Positions 8,683-19,640 of a DNA stretch of 64,000 nt are shown in pieces. Numbering within the stretch: position 1 is the stretch's first letter; each line of letters begins with the position of its first letter. Source of the DNA: an uncultured bacterium. GTDB taxonomy: Bacteria; SAR324; NAC60-12. The stretch lies in contig CBFIJD010000005.1 of assembly GCA_965662845.1 (NCBI GenBank), forward strand, positions 61,087 through 125,086, given 5' to 3'. Below the pieces are notes generated by a model. That model saw only the letters and a program-made list of their open reading frames with translations, was not told where the DNA came from and searched no databases. The translations under genes were made by a program, and so were the position numbers.

Positions 8683-9849
8683 ATGCCTCTATTTGCTACT
8701 CTGCGCTGGTGGAGCTTCGGTCTGCTCCTGATGTCGCTTGGAGCTTGTGCTCAAAAAGCTCCCGAACTCCGCGTGTTGCGCCCTGCTGAAATTGACACCA
8801 CGGACATTCGCCGCGTCGCGATCGGTGTCTTCGAGGTTGGAACCCTCAACGAACGCTACGTCTCTGAACGCGACGGCGTCTGGGAAGAGCGGTCGACACA
8901 GCTCTCCCCTGCGGAACAGCAATCGATTGCGCGCGCTGTGCGTGCTCGTGTCGTCAACCAGCTGACCACAGTCCCTTATTTTGAAGTCGCGTTCACCGAT
9001 GAATTTGCGACGTTAGAAAACGACGCAGCGCTACAGCAATTGATTGTCTCTGAAGGGTACGCCACGCAGGATGTCGACGCCGTACTCAGCGGAAAAATCT
9101 GGATTGATGCTGACCGGACGGACGGCGTTGAACTCGGCAAAGCCTCGCTGGAATACTATCAGCCCCCAGCAAGAGGACAAAAAGGCCCGGGCGAGAAGCT
9201 CACCGTGCAGCAGCTAGCGTGGTGGCCTTACAAAATGCTCAGTGGCACATTGGTCTTAGAACTCAAGCTCACACGCCTCAGCCCAACCGGTGTCGTTGCG
9301 ACAGACCTCATCACGCGGCGCTATGCGCACAAAATCGGAGGCAGCCCCGCGGGAGCCCTAGAGCAAGTGCAGTCAGGCATCCGCACCCTCCAAGGCTTGC
9401 TCGCTTCTCAGCAAGAAGATGACTCAAGCCAAGAAGTAGAAAACATGGATGAAGTCTTGCCTCCCTTCACAGCGATGATTGCGGAGATGGCCTCGTCCAC
9501 TTCCGCAGATTTTGTGAAGCGCGTCTCGATCACTGAAATGAACGTCTCGCACCCGATCGCTGCGGGAGGAGATGAGCGCGCGCGCCTGTTGATCCAAAAT
9601 GGCGCTTACGAAACGGCGTTAGAGCGCCTGCAACAGCGCACCGCCAACAATCCCAATCCTGCTGACCTTTACAATTTGGGACTCTGCTTTGAAGCCTTGG
9701 GCGACTATGGACTCGCCTTGACCAACTACCGCGAAGCGCATCAGCGCGATCAGACCAACCTCACTTATGCGCAGGGCATCGGTCGCATCGAGACGCTACA
9801 GCGCCAGTCACCGCAACTGCGAACCCAGCTTCAAAGTCGAAACTCCTAA
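8683..9849 (+). CDS. Lipoprotein with C-terminal TPR (paralog 1)
   Basis: Lipobox LGAC; TPR segment YNLGLCFEALGDYGLA. Confidence 0.75.
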   Translation: MPLFATLRWWSFGLLLMSLGACAQKAPELRVLRPAEIDTTDIRRVAIGVFEVGTLNERYVSERDGVWEERSTQLSPAEQQSIARAVRARVVNQLTTVPYFEVAFTDEFATLENDAALQQLIVSEGYATQDVDAVLSGKIWIDADRTDGVELGKASLEYYQPPARGQKGPGEKLTVQQLAWWPYKMLSGTLVLELKLTRLSPTGVVATDLITRRYAHKIGGSPAGALEQVQSGIRTLQGLLASQQEDDSSQEVENMDEVLPPFTAMIAEMASSTSADFVKRVSITEMNVSHPIAAGGDERARLLIQNGAYETALERLQQRTANNPNPADLYNLGLCFEALGDYGLALTNYREAHQRDQTNLTYAQGIGRIETLQRQSPQLRTQLQSRNS

Positions 9850-9868
9850 CCTCTGCCGGATGATCCCC

Positions 9869-11041
9869 ATGAAATATTTTTGGTTGCTGGGAGCTGTGAT
9901 GTTCTTCGTCAGCAGCTGTTCCTTGCTCACACCTCAGCCCGAAATTGAATTCCGTGTAGCGCGCGCTCCTGAGTTTGAACTCTCCGAGATTGACGCGCTC
10001 GTAGTAGGCGAATTTCGTGTGCAAAATCAAGAGATTGTGTTTCCGACTGCCGCGAAAGAAAAGCCTCAACTCTCGCCAGAGCTGTCCAGTTTTGCGCCAA
10101 ATGCCGAAAAAGCCTCAGCCGCGAGCGATCTCTTGCGCGCCCAGCTGTTGCGGGAATTCTCACGCAACGCCCCCTTTCGGATGCTCAACACCACGGCGGC
10201 TGCGCAAGTCATCAACGGCGTACAACCCGACACGACGAGAGTCGCAGTGCTACGCGCTGAGGTTCGCTACTCGGAGTTCCGTTTTGCGCAACGTGAAGAA
10301 GTCCCCTACTTTGTGACAGTTAGTAACGAAGCCCTGCCGTTGGAGCAGCAGCTCTTGGGAAAGGGCCTCTCGATGGGCACGGAAGAGCTCGGTGGCGGGC
10401 TACCGGAGCAGACGCCATACGTGGAGTTGATTGGTGCAATCGAAGCCCGCATCTCGCTCACACGCCAAAGTGATGGATCAGAGCTGCTACCGCCGCAGAC
10501 CATGCAGGCGTTTTATGTCCGCAAGTGGGGTGGGCTGAGTGACACGTCGCATGTCGCTGCCAATGTGCGCGAGTGGATCAATGAGCGCTTCCAACAAGAC
10601 GAAGGGACGCTGGAGCGTTTGCTCAGCGAAAAAGACCGCACCGCGCTGTTGGCTAATAATTATAACGAGTATCTCGCACAGGGACTGAATCTGAAGCGCG
10701 ACACCAACGTGCCGCTCACGTCTGTCGCGTTGCAGTCACGCCTTACGCAAAAGGTGGCCACGGATTTCGTGCGCAAGGTCGTACCAACGGTGCGCAAGGC
10801 TGATCTACGCATCGAAGATGGCGACCCTGTCGGGGTGACGCTGCTGCAAGCAAATGCATACGAAGAAGCGATCGCGTATTTGCAGGGCAAAAATAATCGG
10901 AGCGCCGCCGATGATTACAACCTCGGGCTAGCTTATGAAGCCTCTGGACAGCGTCTTCAAGCACGCTCGTTCTTCGAATCTGCTGGCCGTCGTGACAAAA
11001 GCAATAAGTTGTATCGAAACGCGCTGCGCCGCGTTCAGTGA
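9869..11041 (+). CDS. Lipoprotein with C-terminal TPR (paralog 2)
   Basis: Lipobox VSSC; TPR segment YNLGLAYEASG; collinear similarity to the upstream gene. Confidence 0.75.
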   Translation: MKYFWLLGAVMFFVSSCSLLTPQPEIEFRVARAPEFELSEIDALVVGEFRVQNQEIVFPTAAKEKPQLSPELSSFAPNAEKASAASDLLRAQLLREFSRNAPFRMLNTTAAAQVINGVQPDTTRVAVLRAEVRYSEFRFAQREEVPYFVTVSNEALPLEQQLLGKGLSMGTEELGGGLPEQTPYVELIGAIEARISLTRQSDGSELLPPQTMQAFYVRKWGGLSDTSHVAANVREWINERFQQDEGTLERLLSEKDRTALLANNYNEYLAQGLNLKRDTNVPLTSVALQSRLTQKVATDFVRKVVPTVRKADLRIEDGDPVGVTLLQANAYEEAIAYLQGKNNRSAADDYNLGLAYEASGQRLQARSFFESAGRRDKSNKLYRNALRRVQ

Positions 11042-11205
11042 AAAGAACTTGCAAGTCCTCTGGGTTTGACAAGAATTCACCCGATTCTTGCCCGAGGACT
11101 GCCCACTCAACGATGTGACAAAACACACCGTCCCCGTCCTTCCCAGAATCACACCCTGCGTTCCATCTCCATAACTCTGAGACTCCTCACGCCAAACGCC
11201 ACACT

Positions 11206-14200
11206 ATGCCCAAACGCACTGACATCTCTTCCATTCTCTTAATTGGGTCTGGCCCGATTGTTATTGGACAAGCCTGCGAATTTGACTACAGCGGCACACA
11301 GGCCTGCAAAGCGCTCAAAGAAGAAGGCTATCGAGTGATTTTGGTCAACAGCAACCCTGCGACCATCATGACCGATCCTGGGCTAGTGGACGCGACCTAC
11401 ATTGAGCCCATCAAAGTGCCGACGCTCGAACGCATCATTGCAAAAGAGCGCCCTGACGCGCTGTTGCCCACGATGGGCGGACAAACCGCCCTCAACATGG
11501 CGATTCAACTGCACGAAAAAGGCGTCTTAGAAAAGTACAACGTCGAGTTGATCGGGGCCAATATTGACGCGATTGAAAAGGCCGAAAATCGGGAGCGGTT
11601 CCGAGCTGCGATGCACAAACTCAAGATTGAGATGCCTGCGAGCCACATCATTCACTCGGTAGACGAGGCCCTCGAAGTCGCTGACCAAATCAGCTACCCG
11701 ATCATCGTGCGGCCTTCATTCACTCTGGGCGGAGAAGGCGGCGGCGTCGCCTATCACCAACGGGAACTCGTGCAGATCGTCACCAGCGGCTTAGCGGCCT
11801 CTCCTACCCGCGAAGTGCAACTCGATCAGTCTGTGCTGGGATGGAAAGAATTTGAGATGGAGGTGATGCGCGATCATCGTGACAACTGCGTCATCATCTG
11901 CTCGATTGAGAACCTCGACCCGATGGGCGTGCACACTGGGGACAGCATCACGGTCGCTCCTGCACAGACCCTGACGGATGTGGAATATCAAAATTTGCGC
12001 GACCTCTCTTTCCAGATTATGCGCGAAATCGGCGTTGACACCGGCGGGTCGAATGTCCAATTTGCGGTCAATCCCCAAAATGGCCAACCCGTTGTCATTG
12101 AAATGAACCCACGTGTCTCGCGCAGCTCAGCCCTCGCGTCTAAGGCGACCGGCTTCCCGATTGCGAAGATCGCCGCAAAATTAGCGGTGGGCTACACGCT
12201 GGATGAAATTCCCAACGACATCACACGGCAAACTCCAGCCTCGTTTGAGCCTTCGATCGACTATGTCGTCACCAAAATCCCACGGTTCACTTTTGAAAAA
12301 TTCCCCCTCTCGGATCCTCGTTTGGGCACGCAGATGAAATCTGTGGGTGAGGTGATGTCGATGGGAGGGACATTTCGCGAATCACTCCAGAAAGCGCTGC
12401 GTTCCATGGAAACAGGGAGCATGGGGTTTGAGATCCCGCCGTATCCCGCCGACACAGACCCAGAGGTTTTTTTAGAAGAAGAACTCACCTATGTGACCAG
12501 CCAGCGGCTTTGGTATGTGGCTGACGCCATGCGACGAGGATGGGACGCGCAGCGTCTGAACGACAAGACGCACATTGACCTGTGGTTCCTCACTCAAGTG
12601 GAGAGCCTAGTGCGGGAAGAGCAGAAAATGGCCGAGACCCAACAGGCAGCGTTGACCTCCGCTCAGCTGCGGAGCTGGAAAAGCCTCGGCTTTGCAGACG
12701 CGTTTATCGCGCGGCAGATGCAGTTGGAGGAGAGGGACATCACAGAGAAACGACGCGACTGGAATATTCGCTCTGTATTCAAAATGGTCGACACTTGCGC
12801 CGCAGAGTTTCCGTCCGCGACTCCCTACTTTTACTCTACTTACGCACAAGAAAACGAATCGATCCCCACAGATCAAAAAAAGGTACTGATTTTGGGTAGC
12901 GGCCCCAATCGCATTGGCCAAGGTATCGAGTTTGACTATTGCTGTGTGCACGCGGCTTTTGCGGCCAAAGACGCTGGGTATGAAGCGATCATGTACAACT
13001 GCAATCCTGAAACGGTGAGCACCGATTATGACACCTCTGACCGCCTCTATTTTGAACCGATCACGTTTGAAGATGTGATGAGCGTCATCGAGCTGGAACA
13101 ACCCATTGGCGTGATTGTGCAGCTGGGCGGACAAACGCCGCTCAAACTTGCGAAGCAGCTTCACGAGGCTGGTGTCCCGCTCTTGGGAACTTCCTTCGAG
13201 AGCATCGACCGCGCAGAAAATCGAGAGCTGTTCGCAGAGATGCTCCGCAAACTCGGTTTGCGACAGCCCGCTAACGGGACCGTCCGTTCTCTGCCAGAAG
13301 CACGCGATGTGGCTACCAAAATTGGCTATCCCGTGTTAGTCCGCCCGTCCTACGTGCTGGGCGGACGCGCGATGATGATTGTTGAGGGAGAAGAGCGGCT
13401 GGAAGAATTTTTTGAAGAAGCCGTGCGTGTCTCGCCAGAACATCCTGTCCTCATCGACAAGTTTTTGGCGGACGCGGTCGAAGTAGACGTGGACTTGTTG
13501 GGAGACGGGACAACCGCTGAAGTCGCGGGCATCATGGAGCACATTGAGCGCGCAGGCATTCACTCTGGAGACAGCGCTTGTTCCTTGCCACCTTACAACC
13601 TCACAGCGCGCGCGCTCCAGAAGTTGCAGGAGCAGGCGGTGGCGATGGCACAAGAACTCAAAGTGTGTGGCCTCATGAACGTACAATTCGCTGTGCAAAA
13701 TGAAGAAATCTTTGTGATTGAAGTGAACCCTCGCGCATCACGGACGGTTCCCTTTGTAAGCAAAGCGATTGGACAACCGCTCGCGAAATTGGCGACTCGT
13801 TTGATGCTGGGCGAAAAGCTCCCCCAGCTGGGCTTTCGTTACCAGTCGCCACAACATTTTGCTGTCAAAGAGACCGTCTTTCCGTTCATGCGTTTCGCAG
13901 GGACCGACACGACTCTTGGCCCTGAGATGCAATCCACTGGCGAGGTGATGGGGCGAGGACGCAGCTTTGAAGAAGCCTTCCTGAAAGCCCAGATTGCGGT
14001 GTTTGATGAGAGTCTAGGTCGCCCGTATGTCTTCATTGGCGTGATGGACGCGGACAAAGAGAAAATGATCCCCATCGCTAAAATTCTGGAAGATTTGGGA
14101 TATGAGATTTTAGCGACGAGTGGGACGTTGAGAGTGTTGCAAGATGGAGGGATTCAGCGTGTGCGCTGGACGTCGATGGAGCCAGAGGACGAGGGGAATG

Positions 14201-14403
14201 TGATGGAATACATTCAGCGCAAAGAAGTTGCGATGTTGATCAACACAACGCGCAAGAAAAAGCGGGCGGTCGACGCTCGTCATATCCGAAGATTGGTGTT
14301 GGCATATAACCTCCCCTATTTTACGACTGTGGAAGCGGCTTTGCAGTTTGCGCGCTCGCTCTCCAAGCTCGATGAGCTAAGTTACGAGCCGCTAAAATAC
14401 TGA
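11206..14403 (+). CDS. carB: Carbamoyl-phosphate synthase large subunit
   Basis: [24 protein letters not shown], duplicated ATP-grasp domains and MGS domain; 1065 aa. Confidence 0.98.
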   Translation: MPKRTDISSILLIGSGPIVIGQACEFDYSGTQACKALKEEGYRVILVNSNPATIMTDPGLVDATYIEPIKVPTLERIIAKERPDALLPTMGGQTALNMAIQLHEKGVLEKYNVELIGANIDAIEKAENRERFRAAMHKLKIEMPASHIIHSVDEALEVADQISYPIIVRPSFTLGGEGGGVAYHQRELVQIVTSGLAASPTREVQLDQSVLGWKEFEMEVMRDHRDNCVIICSIENLDPMGVHTGDSITVAPAQTLTDVEYQNLRDLSFQIMREIGVDTGGSNVQFAVNPQNGQPVVIEMNPRVSRSSALASKATGFPIAKIAAKLAVGYTLDEIPNDITRQTPASFEPSIDYVVTKIPRFTFEKFPLSDPRLGTQMKSVGEVMSMGGTFRESLQKALRSMETGSMGFEIPPYPADTDPEVFLEEELTYVTSQRLWYVADAMRRGWDAQRLNDKTHIDLWFLTQVESLVREEQKMAETQQAALTSAQLRSWKSLGFADAFIARQMQLEERDITEKRRDWNIRSVFKMVDTCAAEFPSATPYFYSTYAQENESIPTDQKKVLILGSGPNRIGQGIEFDYCCVHAAFAAKDAGYEAIMYNCNPETVSTDYDTSDRLYFEPITFEDVMSVIELEQPIGVIVQLGGQTPLKLAKQLHEAGVPLLGTSFESIDRAENRELFAEMLRKLGLRQPANGTVRSLPEARDVATKIGYPVLVRPSYVLGGRAMMIVEGEERLEEFFEEAVRVSPEHPVLIDKFLADAVEVDVDLLGDGTTAEVAGIMEHIERAGIHSGDSACSLPPYNLTARALQKLQEQAVAMAQELKVCGLMNVQFAVQNEEIFVIEVNPRASRTVPFVSKAIGQPLAKLATRLMLGEKLPQLGFRYQSPQHFAVKETVFPFMRFAGTDTTLGPEMQSTGEVMGRGRSFEEAFLKAQIAVFDESLGRPYVFIGVMDADKEKMIPIAKILEDLGYEILATSGTLRVLQDGGIQRVRWTSMEPEDEGNVMEYIQRKEVAMLINTTRKKKRAVDARHIRRLVLAYNLPYFTTVEAALQFARSLSKLDELSYEPLKY

Positions 14404-14412
14404 TTCCCCATA

Positions 14413-14430
14413 GCCGGACGGAAGTTCGGC
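14413..14430. terminator. Hairpin between convergent genes (possible terminator)
   Basis: GCCGGAC-GGAA-GTTCGGC stem (one G-U pair) with a GNRA loop, between the carB and 418-aa gene stops; no clear U-tract. Confidence 0.35.
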
Positions 14431-14442
14431 CTTCTCCGCAAA

Positions 14443-15699
14443 TTATTCTTCCTCTCCACTAGGCACGCCTTGCATCTGATTGAGCGTACGCAGCAATCGC
14501 TTCTGCAGCGGCGAGTAGGCCTCGTCGACGGTCATGGCCGCGTCGGCAGCTTCTTTGCCAAGCTCGATCAATTTGGCGAGCCCCTCTTTGTTCAGGCGCA
14601 TTAGATCACGATGCACATAGCCATAGTGAGCCAAGTTCGCGAACTCGGCGAGTGCAGGCAAATCGGCTTTTTTGGGCATCGACATCGAGACGGTTTTCAG
14701 GGACTTGCGGTAGGCCACAACCGATTGATTGAACGCCGGAGCGACGTGAGGTCGAGCGGTGTCATCGCCCGATTCGATGCGCAGCATCCAGTAACGCACC
14801 AGCTGCATGTTGAGGCGTCCATTCATGACAAACGGGAAGGGAATTTTGTCGTCAATCATCTGCATCTTCTCCGCGAGTCCGATGCCTGCGGTGTAGAGGA
14901 TGGGGATGGTTTTGATCGCTTCGATACACTGCATGATCTTTCCAATCACGGCATTGCGGATTTGCTCCTTGTTGCCCTCCGGTGGAGCATCACCACCGAA
15001 GAGTCCACCGAGGCCTCCAGGGATGTTGTCCAATGCCTGATCCAGATCGTTTTTGCTCAGCGAGACGTTCATGCGCTTTTGCAGGTTCATCTGGGCTTCG
15101 CCGATCCGCTCAATCATCGCCTCACACATCCGCACTTCCATCATCATCGCTTCGCGGTTGCGTACATTAGAGTCTTCCATGTCCTCTTCGTTCACGTCGA
15201 TACCGCTCAAGTTCACGTTTTTGAGCACGCTGGACTGAATCGACATCATTTGTTCTTTGTGGACCTGTAGCACACGCTCCAGATAAATCTTGAGAGTCCG
15301 CAATACGAGACCAATGGAAGGGCCGGTGACCTCTCCCCAGTGCAATGGCAAACAAGCATGGACTAGAAGGACGCGCGCAATCTCAATGGTGGGGCGCGCT
15401 TCCATTTCTAGCGCTCGCTGTACAATCTGCATTCGGACGGCCTGACTCAGAGGATCTGTGCCGAGTTGGGAGACCAACTTGTTGATCGTGCGGTCTTGTC
15501 GGAAAAATGCCATCGCGAGGATATCCGTGCCATTTACGGGGCTGACCTCTTTTGTTTTGCCGCCAAAACCAAGCTTTTGAAAAAGACCCTGTTGCTTGGA
15601 CGCCAAGACGTCCTTTGCAACTTGGTCAATCTCTTCTTGCATCTCCATCAGGTTAACGTTGGGAGTTTGCGGATTTTCTTTAATTTTGTCCTTAGACAT
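14443..15699 (-). CDS. Hypothetical all-alpha protein, 418 aa, TPR-like C-terminus
   Basis: Long ORF with AAAGGAAAT RBS; starts 27 nt after the cyclase-like gene; no recognised family. Confidence 0.8.
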   Translation of the reverse strand: MSKDKIKENPQTPNVNLMEMQEEIDQVAKDVLASKQQGLFQKLGFGGKTKEVSPVNGTDILAMAFFRQDRTINKLVSQLGTDPLSQAVRMQIVQRALEMEARPTIEIARVLLVHACLPLHWGEVTGPSIGLVLRTLKIYLERVLQVHKEQMMSIQSSVLKNVNLSGIDVNEEDMEDSNVRNREAMMMEVRMCEAMIERIGEAQMNLQKRMNVSLSKNDLDQALDNIPGGLGGLFGGDAPPEGNKEQIRNAVIGKIMQCIEAIKTIPILYTAGIGLAEKMQMIDDKIPFPFVMNGRLNMQLVRYWMLRIESGDDTARPHVAPAFNQSVVAYRKSLKTVSMSMPKKADLPALAEFANLAHYGYVHRDLMRLNKEGLAKLIELGKEAADAAMTVDEAYSPLQKRLLRTLNQMQGVPSGEEE

Positions 15700-15726
15700 A
15701 TTTCCTTTGTCAGAAATAGAAAAAGA

Positions 15727-18700
15727 TTAGTAGAGGGACTCTTCAATAGCTCGTCGTCCCATATCATCAAAAGCCAGATAGATTGGCGCGGGGGTCAAAA
15801 AGTATTGATCGACGAGGGAGTCTGCTGGCCAGAGCGAGCGAGCGATCCCGTTGATATACAAATGAAAATATTTACGAGGCACGGGTGGTTCAAAACGTCC
15901 GATGTTGACCCAAATCCGGAACTGCGCTGGGGACTCTGAGGAAATGGGGATTCCCAATTCTGTGAGAGTCTTCATAAAGGTTTGCCGACACTCTGGGCTG
16001 TGCAAGCGCATGAGAAACAGAGAGAGCTCTTCATCTGCGCTAATGCGCAATTTAGAAGGGACGCGAACATCAATATCGCCAATTTCGTAGTTGATGACAA
16101 ATTGTTCGTTCAAGTTATCGCGCACCACCAAAGAGATCGTGTTGTACTTGTTCACATTTACGATCATGAACACTTCGCGAATATAGTGTTCGTTTTCGAG
16201 TAACTCGCGAGGCGTCATCGAAATCGGCGGAAAAAACGCCGCGACCTCTTCGGCTAGAGTCGCAAAGTCTTGTGAGTTGAACGGCACTTGGGCTTCTTCA
16301 TGGCCAGCTTTGGCGGCTGGTTTTTCAAAGACAGTCCGCAGATGTCCCTTGAAATTCAAGTAGTGGCTGAACACACACCGGCACATCCCTTCTACCATAT
16401 TGTCTTCAAACATGGGCGTGGTGTTTGTGCCCTCTTGTTCGTCCACAGCTGGCTGTAGCTCTGTTTTGCTGAGAATGGAAGAAAAGATCCATTTCCCGCT
16501 TTCGCTGTTGAACTCGATCCGAATGCGCAGTCGCGGCGTTCGCAGGCTCTTGGCGATCGGATAAGGCACTTGATATGGCTTCAGTTCAATGCTGCGCTCG
16601 AAGTGGTGTCGGAAAATGACGCTTTCCAGCGGATTTCCTGCCGTTTTGATCTTTGCTCCTTCAATGATCTCACGGATCTCTTCTGCGGTGATTGGCAATT
16701 CAAACTGCTTGTAATACTCCAAGATGTTGTCAATGAGTAGCTTCATCTTGCGATGATCTTCATAAATATTCTGCGCTTGGAGCTTCTCGACGGCTGTTAG
16801 CGGCTGTTTTTTCTTGAGCTTGTGGATGACCCGCGAGTCTTCAATCACAACTCGCTGATTAACGAGAGCGACTAGGGGATACAAAAAGCGTTCTGCGGCG
16901 CGCCGATCAATCTGATCTCCTAGTTGAGCCAAATGGTCGGCCATGTGTTTGGTGCCGCGCAGGTGCCCGATTTGGCAGAGTTTGCGCTCCACGCGCCGCA
17001 TCGAGTCCCGGAAGAGCTGTTTGAGCTTCTTTTCAATTTTGTGAGTTGTGTCATCCCGCCCTTGCACAAATCGCATGAGCTGAAGGCGGTCTGCTGAGGA
17101 TGCAAAAAACACCTCATAAAACCCTGCGAGCGCTTGAATGCGCCACGTCTCGCGGTTGTCTTGTCCCAAAACATTGCCAGAAGCAAAATCAATCGCATCG
17201 CTCAGTTTGATATGTTGTGCAAAACAAAAAATGAGCTGCCGCTGGATGTCTTCATCTGTAAATCGGGTGAGCATCTCAGAGAACTTGAGCCACCACGGGT
17301 CGCGAATCAACTGGGGAAAGCTGGCTTCGAGACGCAGCAACGAAGGGGACCATTTCCGGGCCGACCGTTCTTGAAACAGCGCTCTCTCTTCTGGGTAGAA
17401 CAACAAACGCGTCAAGCTGGTGGGGCGAGCGATTTTTTCGTCTAAACACACCAGCATTTCGACCCACAGGCAGTTTAACAAGGCTTTGGGCAGATTCCCG
17501 TGGCTAGCCTTTTCGCTCTCTCGCAAAAAGATGGGGATCGCGTGGCTGAGCATCTGTTCACGAGAGAGCGTGAGATCTCCCCAGTTTGGTAAATTCCGCA
17601 GCAAGAACGTCTCGGTCTCTTGGTCTGGTGGCGTTTGCCGTTTCGCGACTTCGTCGGGGCGCTTTGTTTGTATGAAAGTCCAGTCTTCATCTGGGAAGGT
17701 GCCCACTGAGATCAGAGTCTTCAGATTTTGAGGCAACTCAAACGGCATCGGTGGCTGCCCTGCCAAAAAGATGGCCGGATTCAACAAGAAGTCATTTAAC
17801 AGCAGCGAATAAGCTTGGCTGCCCTCCGGAGAAACTAAAAAGGGAGTGTGGTCGCCTTTGCGTTGGCGACGCAGAAAGTTGACGAAAAAGTGAATCTCTG
17901 TGTCAGGTAGTTTGTGCGAGAGATATCGCTCAACCTGCTGCGCTTTGCGCAACATAGGATATTCTTGCCGAGCTTCACTGCGCAGCGAATACCAATGTTG
18001 TAGAAATTCAACCAAGCGCGACATTCTATCTTGGAAGTTATTTTGAACCCGGCGCTCTAGGTGCTGCGCGAACTGCGCTGTGAGCCGTTTTTTCAAGCGT
18101 GGTAAGGGGAAGCGTTCCACGAGCGTGTGCAGCATATCGGTTAGGTGATGACGATCTTGCGACGCCAAATTCTGGCAAACGTCGTCGATAAACTGGTTCA
18201 GCCGCGTCTCTTTGCGAGGGCTCTTCTCTAGATGAGATAACAAGCGCTCAATCCTCTCCTCATGCGTAAGGTTAAGGCGATTGAGCTTTTTCTGTTGCTC
18301 TTCAGAAAGTTTTTCGAAGTAAAAATCTGCGAGCCACTTCCAAAGTCGCGTTGCTCTAAAGACACTTCCTTGCGCATAAGGGAAGTAAGAACGTCGCAAT
18401 TGAACTTCATTTTTTTCACGAAGCGATGGGAAGAAGACCTGGAGATGAGGCAGAAAAAATAGCAAATCGGGCAGCTCGCGCATTTGCTTGATGAGGTGCC
18501 GAGACAGCAGGCTCTTTAGCTCGGTTTGGGCTTTGGAATCTCGTCGGAAACGTTCTGACAACTGCTCGCGACGTTCGAAGGCATACGAACTTGGGAACAC
18601 CAAGTCTAAGATGCGCAATTCTTCTGCAGAGACTCCTTCGGCGTAGCGTTCTCGCAGTTTCAGGACGACATCTTCATGTAGCTGCTGTTTCTCTGCTTTG

Positions 18701-19464
18701 CTGAGGAGCCGCTGGCAGGCGCTTTCGTAGAAGGCTTCCAACACTTGCACCAACAGGGCGATGAAAAAATCTAGGTCGTTCCAAGGGCGGTGGATGTCTT
18801 CGCTGGCTTCAATGACGATTTGTGCGTCGATGTCAGAGTTCGACTTGTGACCCAGCCCACCCAGGCTGCCAATGGTGGTCAGCGCTCGGATCGACTTGGA
18901 AGGTTCACCGCCATAAAACGAGACTAAGCGCGGATAGTGCATGCCCAAGTAGACACGCAGGCTGGAGTTGCCGTCTCGCATTCGGCGAGGCAAGTAACGT
19001 TCAGGACCTTCGATGCCGGCGGGCGCTTTCTCAGGGAAGACGTAATAATAAGACTTGTGTTCACTTTGACGATGCTCTGCGCGTTGCAGTTCGAGATGTC
19101 CTTGATGGTGCGGATTGATATCTAGCAAAAACAGGCTCTCGTAGATTGCATGGTGCATTTCCGGACCTGAGAGTTCCATCAGGCTTTGGAAGCGATCTCG
19201 ATTGATGCGCCCCATCGACTGCAACATTTTCGCGGCGTAATCGCGCTGGCGAGCCAAGTCTTTGGGGTCAAACGTCTCCCGCAGAGCCTCACACAGCGAG
19301 CTGGTTTGGAGCTGTTGTACGGTGTGCTGAAGCGCTAATTTCTCGCGGGCGGCTGGGGGGTTAATGGGGACCTGCGCGAACAGTTGCATCAACGTTTGCA
19401 ACTGCTGTTCGGCGAGCGTGACTTCGGGATGAGGTGTTTTTGTCGCTTGGGTCGCAGACTTCAC
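15727..19464 (-). CDS. Class I adenylate cyclase-like (Pol-beta nucleotidyltransferase) protein, 1245 aa, divergent
   Basis: IGSLGGLGHKSNSDID (GS..DxD), EIHFFV, LLLNDF..AIFLAG, PKALL..L.VE and DPW blocks are collinear with class I CyaA as I recall it. Confidence 0.7.
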   Translation of the reverse strand: MKSATQATKTPHPEVTLAEQQLQTLMQLFAQVPINPPAAREKLALQHTVQQLQTSSLCEALRETFDPKDLARQRDYAAKMLQSMGRINRDRFQSLMELSGPEMHHAIYESLFLLDINPHHQGHLELQRAEHRQSEHKSYYYVFPEKAPAGIEGPERYLPRRMRDGNSSLRVYLGMHYPRLVSFYGGEPSKSIRALTTIGSLGGLGHKSNSDIDAQIVIEASEDIHRPWNDLDFFIALLVQVLEAFYESACQRLLSKAEKQQLHEDVVLKLRERYAEGVSAEELRILDLVFPSSYAFERREQLSERFRRDSKAQTELKSLLSRHLIKQMRELPDLLFFLPHLQVFFPSLREKNEVQLRRSYFPYAQGSVFRATRLWKWLADFYFEKLSEEQQKKLNRLNLTHEERIERLLSHLEKSPRKETRLNQFIDDVCQNLASQDRHHLTDMLHTLVERFPLPRLKKRLTAQFAQHLERRVQNNFQDRMSRLVEFLQHWYSLRSEARQEYPMLRKAQQVERYLSHKLPDTEIHFFVNFLRRQRKGDHTPFLVSPEGSQAYSLLLNDFLLNPAIFLAGQPPMPFELPQNLKTLISVGTFPDEDWTFIQTKRPDEVAKRQTPPDQETETFLLRNLPNWGDLTLSREQMLSHAIPIFLRESEKASHGNLPKALLNCLWVEMLVCLDEKIARPTSLTRLLFYPEERALFQERSARKWSPSLLRLEASFPQLIRDPWWLKFSEMLTRFTDEDIQRQLIFCFAQHIKLSDAIDFASGNVLGQDNRETWRIQALAGFYEVFFASSADRLQLMRFVQGRDDTTHKIEKKLKQLFRDSMRRVERKLCQIGHLRGTKHMADHLAQLGDQIDRRAAERFLYPLVALVNQRVVIEDSRVIHKLKKKQPLTAVEKLQAQNIYEDHRKMKLLIDNILEYYKQFELPITAEEIREIIEGAKIKTAGNPLESVIFRHHFERSIELKPYQVPYPIAKSLRTPRLRIRIEFNSESGKWIFSSILSKTELQPAVDEQEGTNTTPMFEDNMVEGMCRCVFSHYLNFKGHLRTVFEKPAAKAGHEEAQVPFNSQDFATLAEEVAAFFPPISMTPRELLENEHYIREVFMIVNVNKYNTISLVVRDNLNEQFVINYEIGDIDVRVPSKLRISADEELSLFLMRLHSPECRQTFMKTLTELGIPISSESPAQFRIWVNIGRFEPPVPRKYFHLYINGIARSLWPADSLVDQYFLTPAPIYLAFDDMGRRAIEESLY

Positions 19465-19581
19465 GATAGGCCTGTTGGGTGAGGGGGCGCGAATGGCATG
19501 GAAGCCTCAAATATGTCACGAAACCGTGAAAGGTAAAACTTAGAAAACGGGACCTGTGACCGTAAAGTGACAAGTGCTAGA

Positions 19582-19610
19582 TTGACTCAAAGGTAGCCTT
19601 ATCGTACATT
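19582..19610 (+). promoter_or_regulatory. Sigma70-type promoter upstream of fliN
   Basis: TTGACT-17 nt-TACATT. Confidence 0.55.
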
Positions 19611-19640
19611 TTGAAGCGACAAACTTCTTACAACCCATGG

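Noticed and set aside
19494..19510. Sigma54 promoter for fliN (TGGCATGGAAGCCTC)
   Set aside because: No GC at -12; a good sigma70 match exists further downstream.
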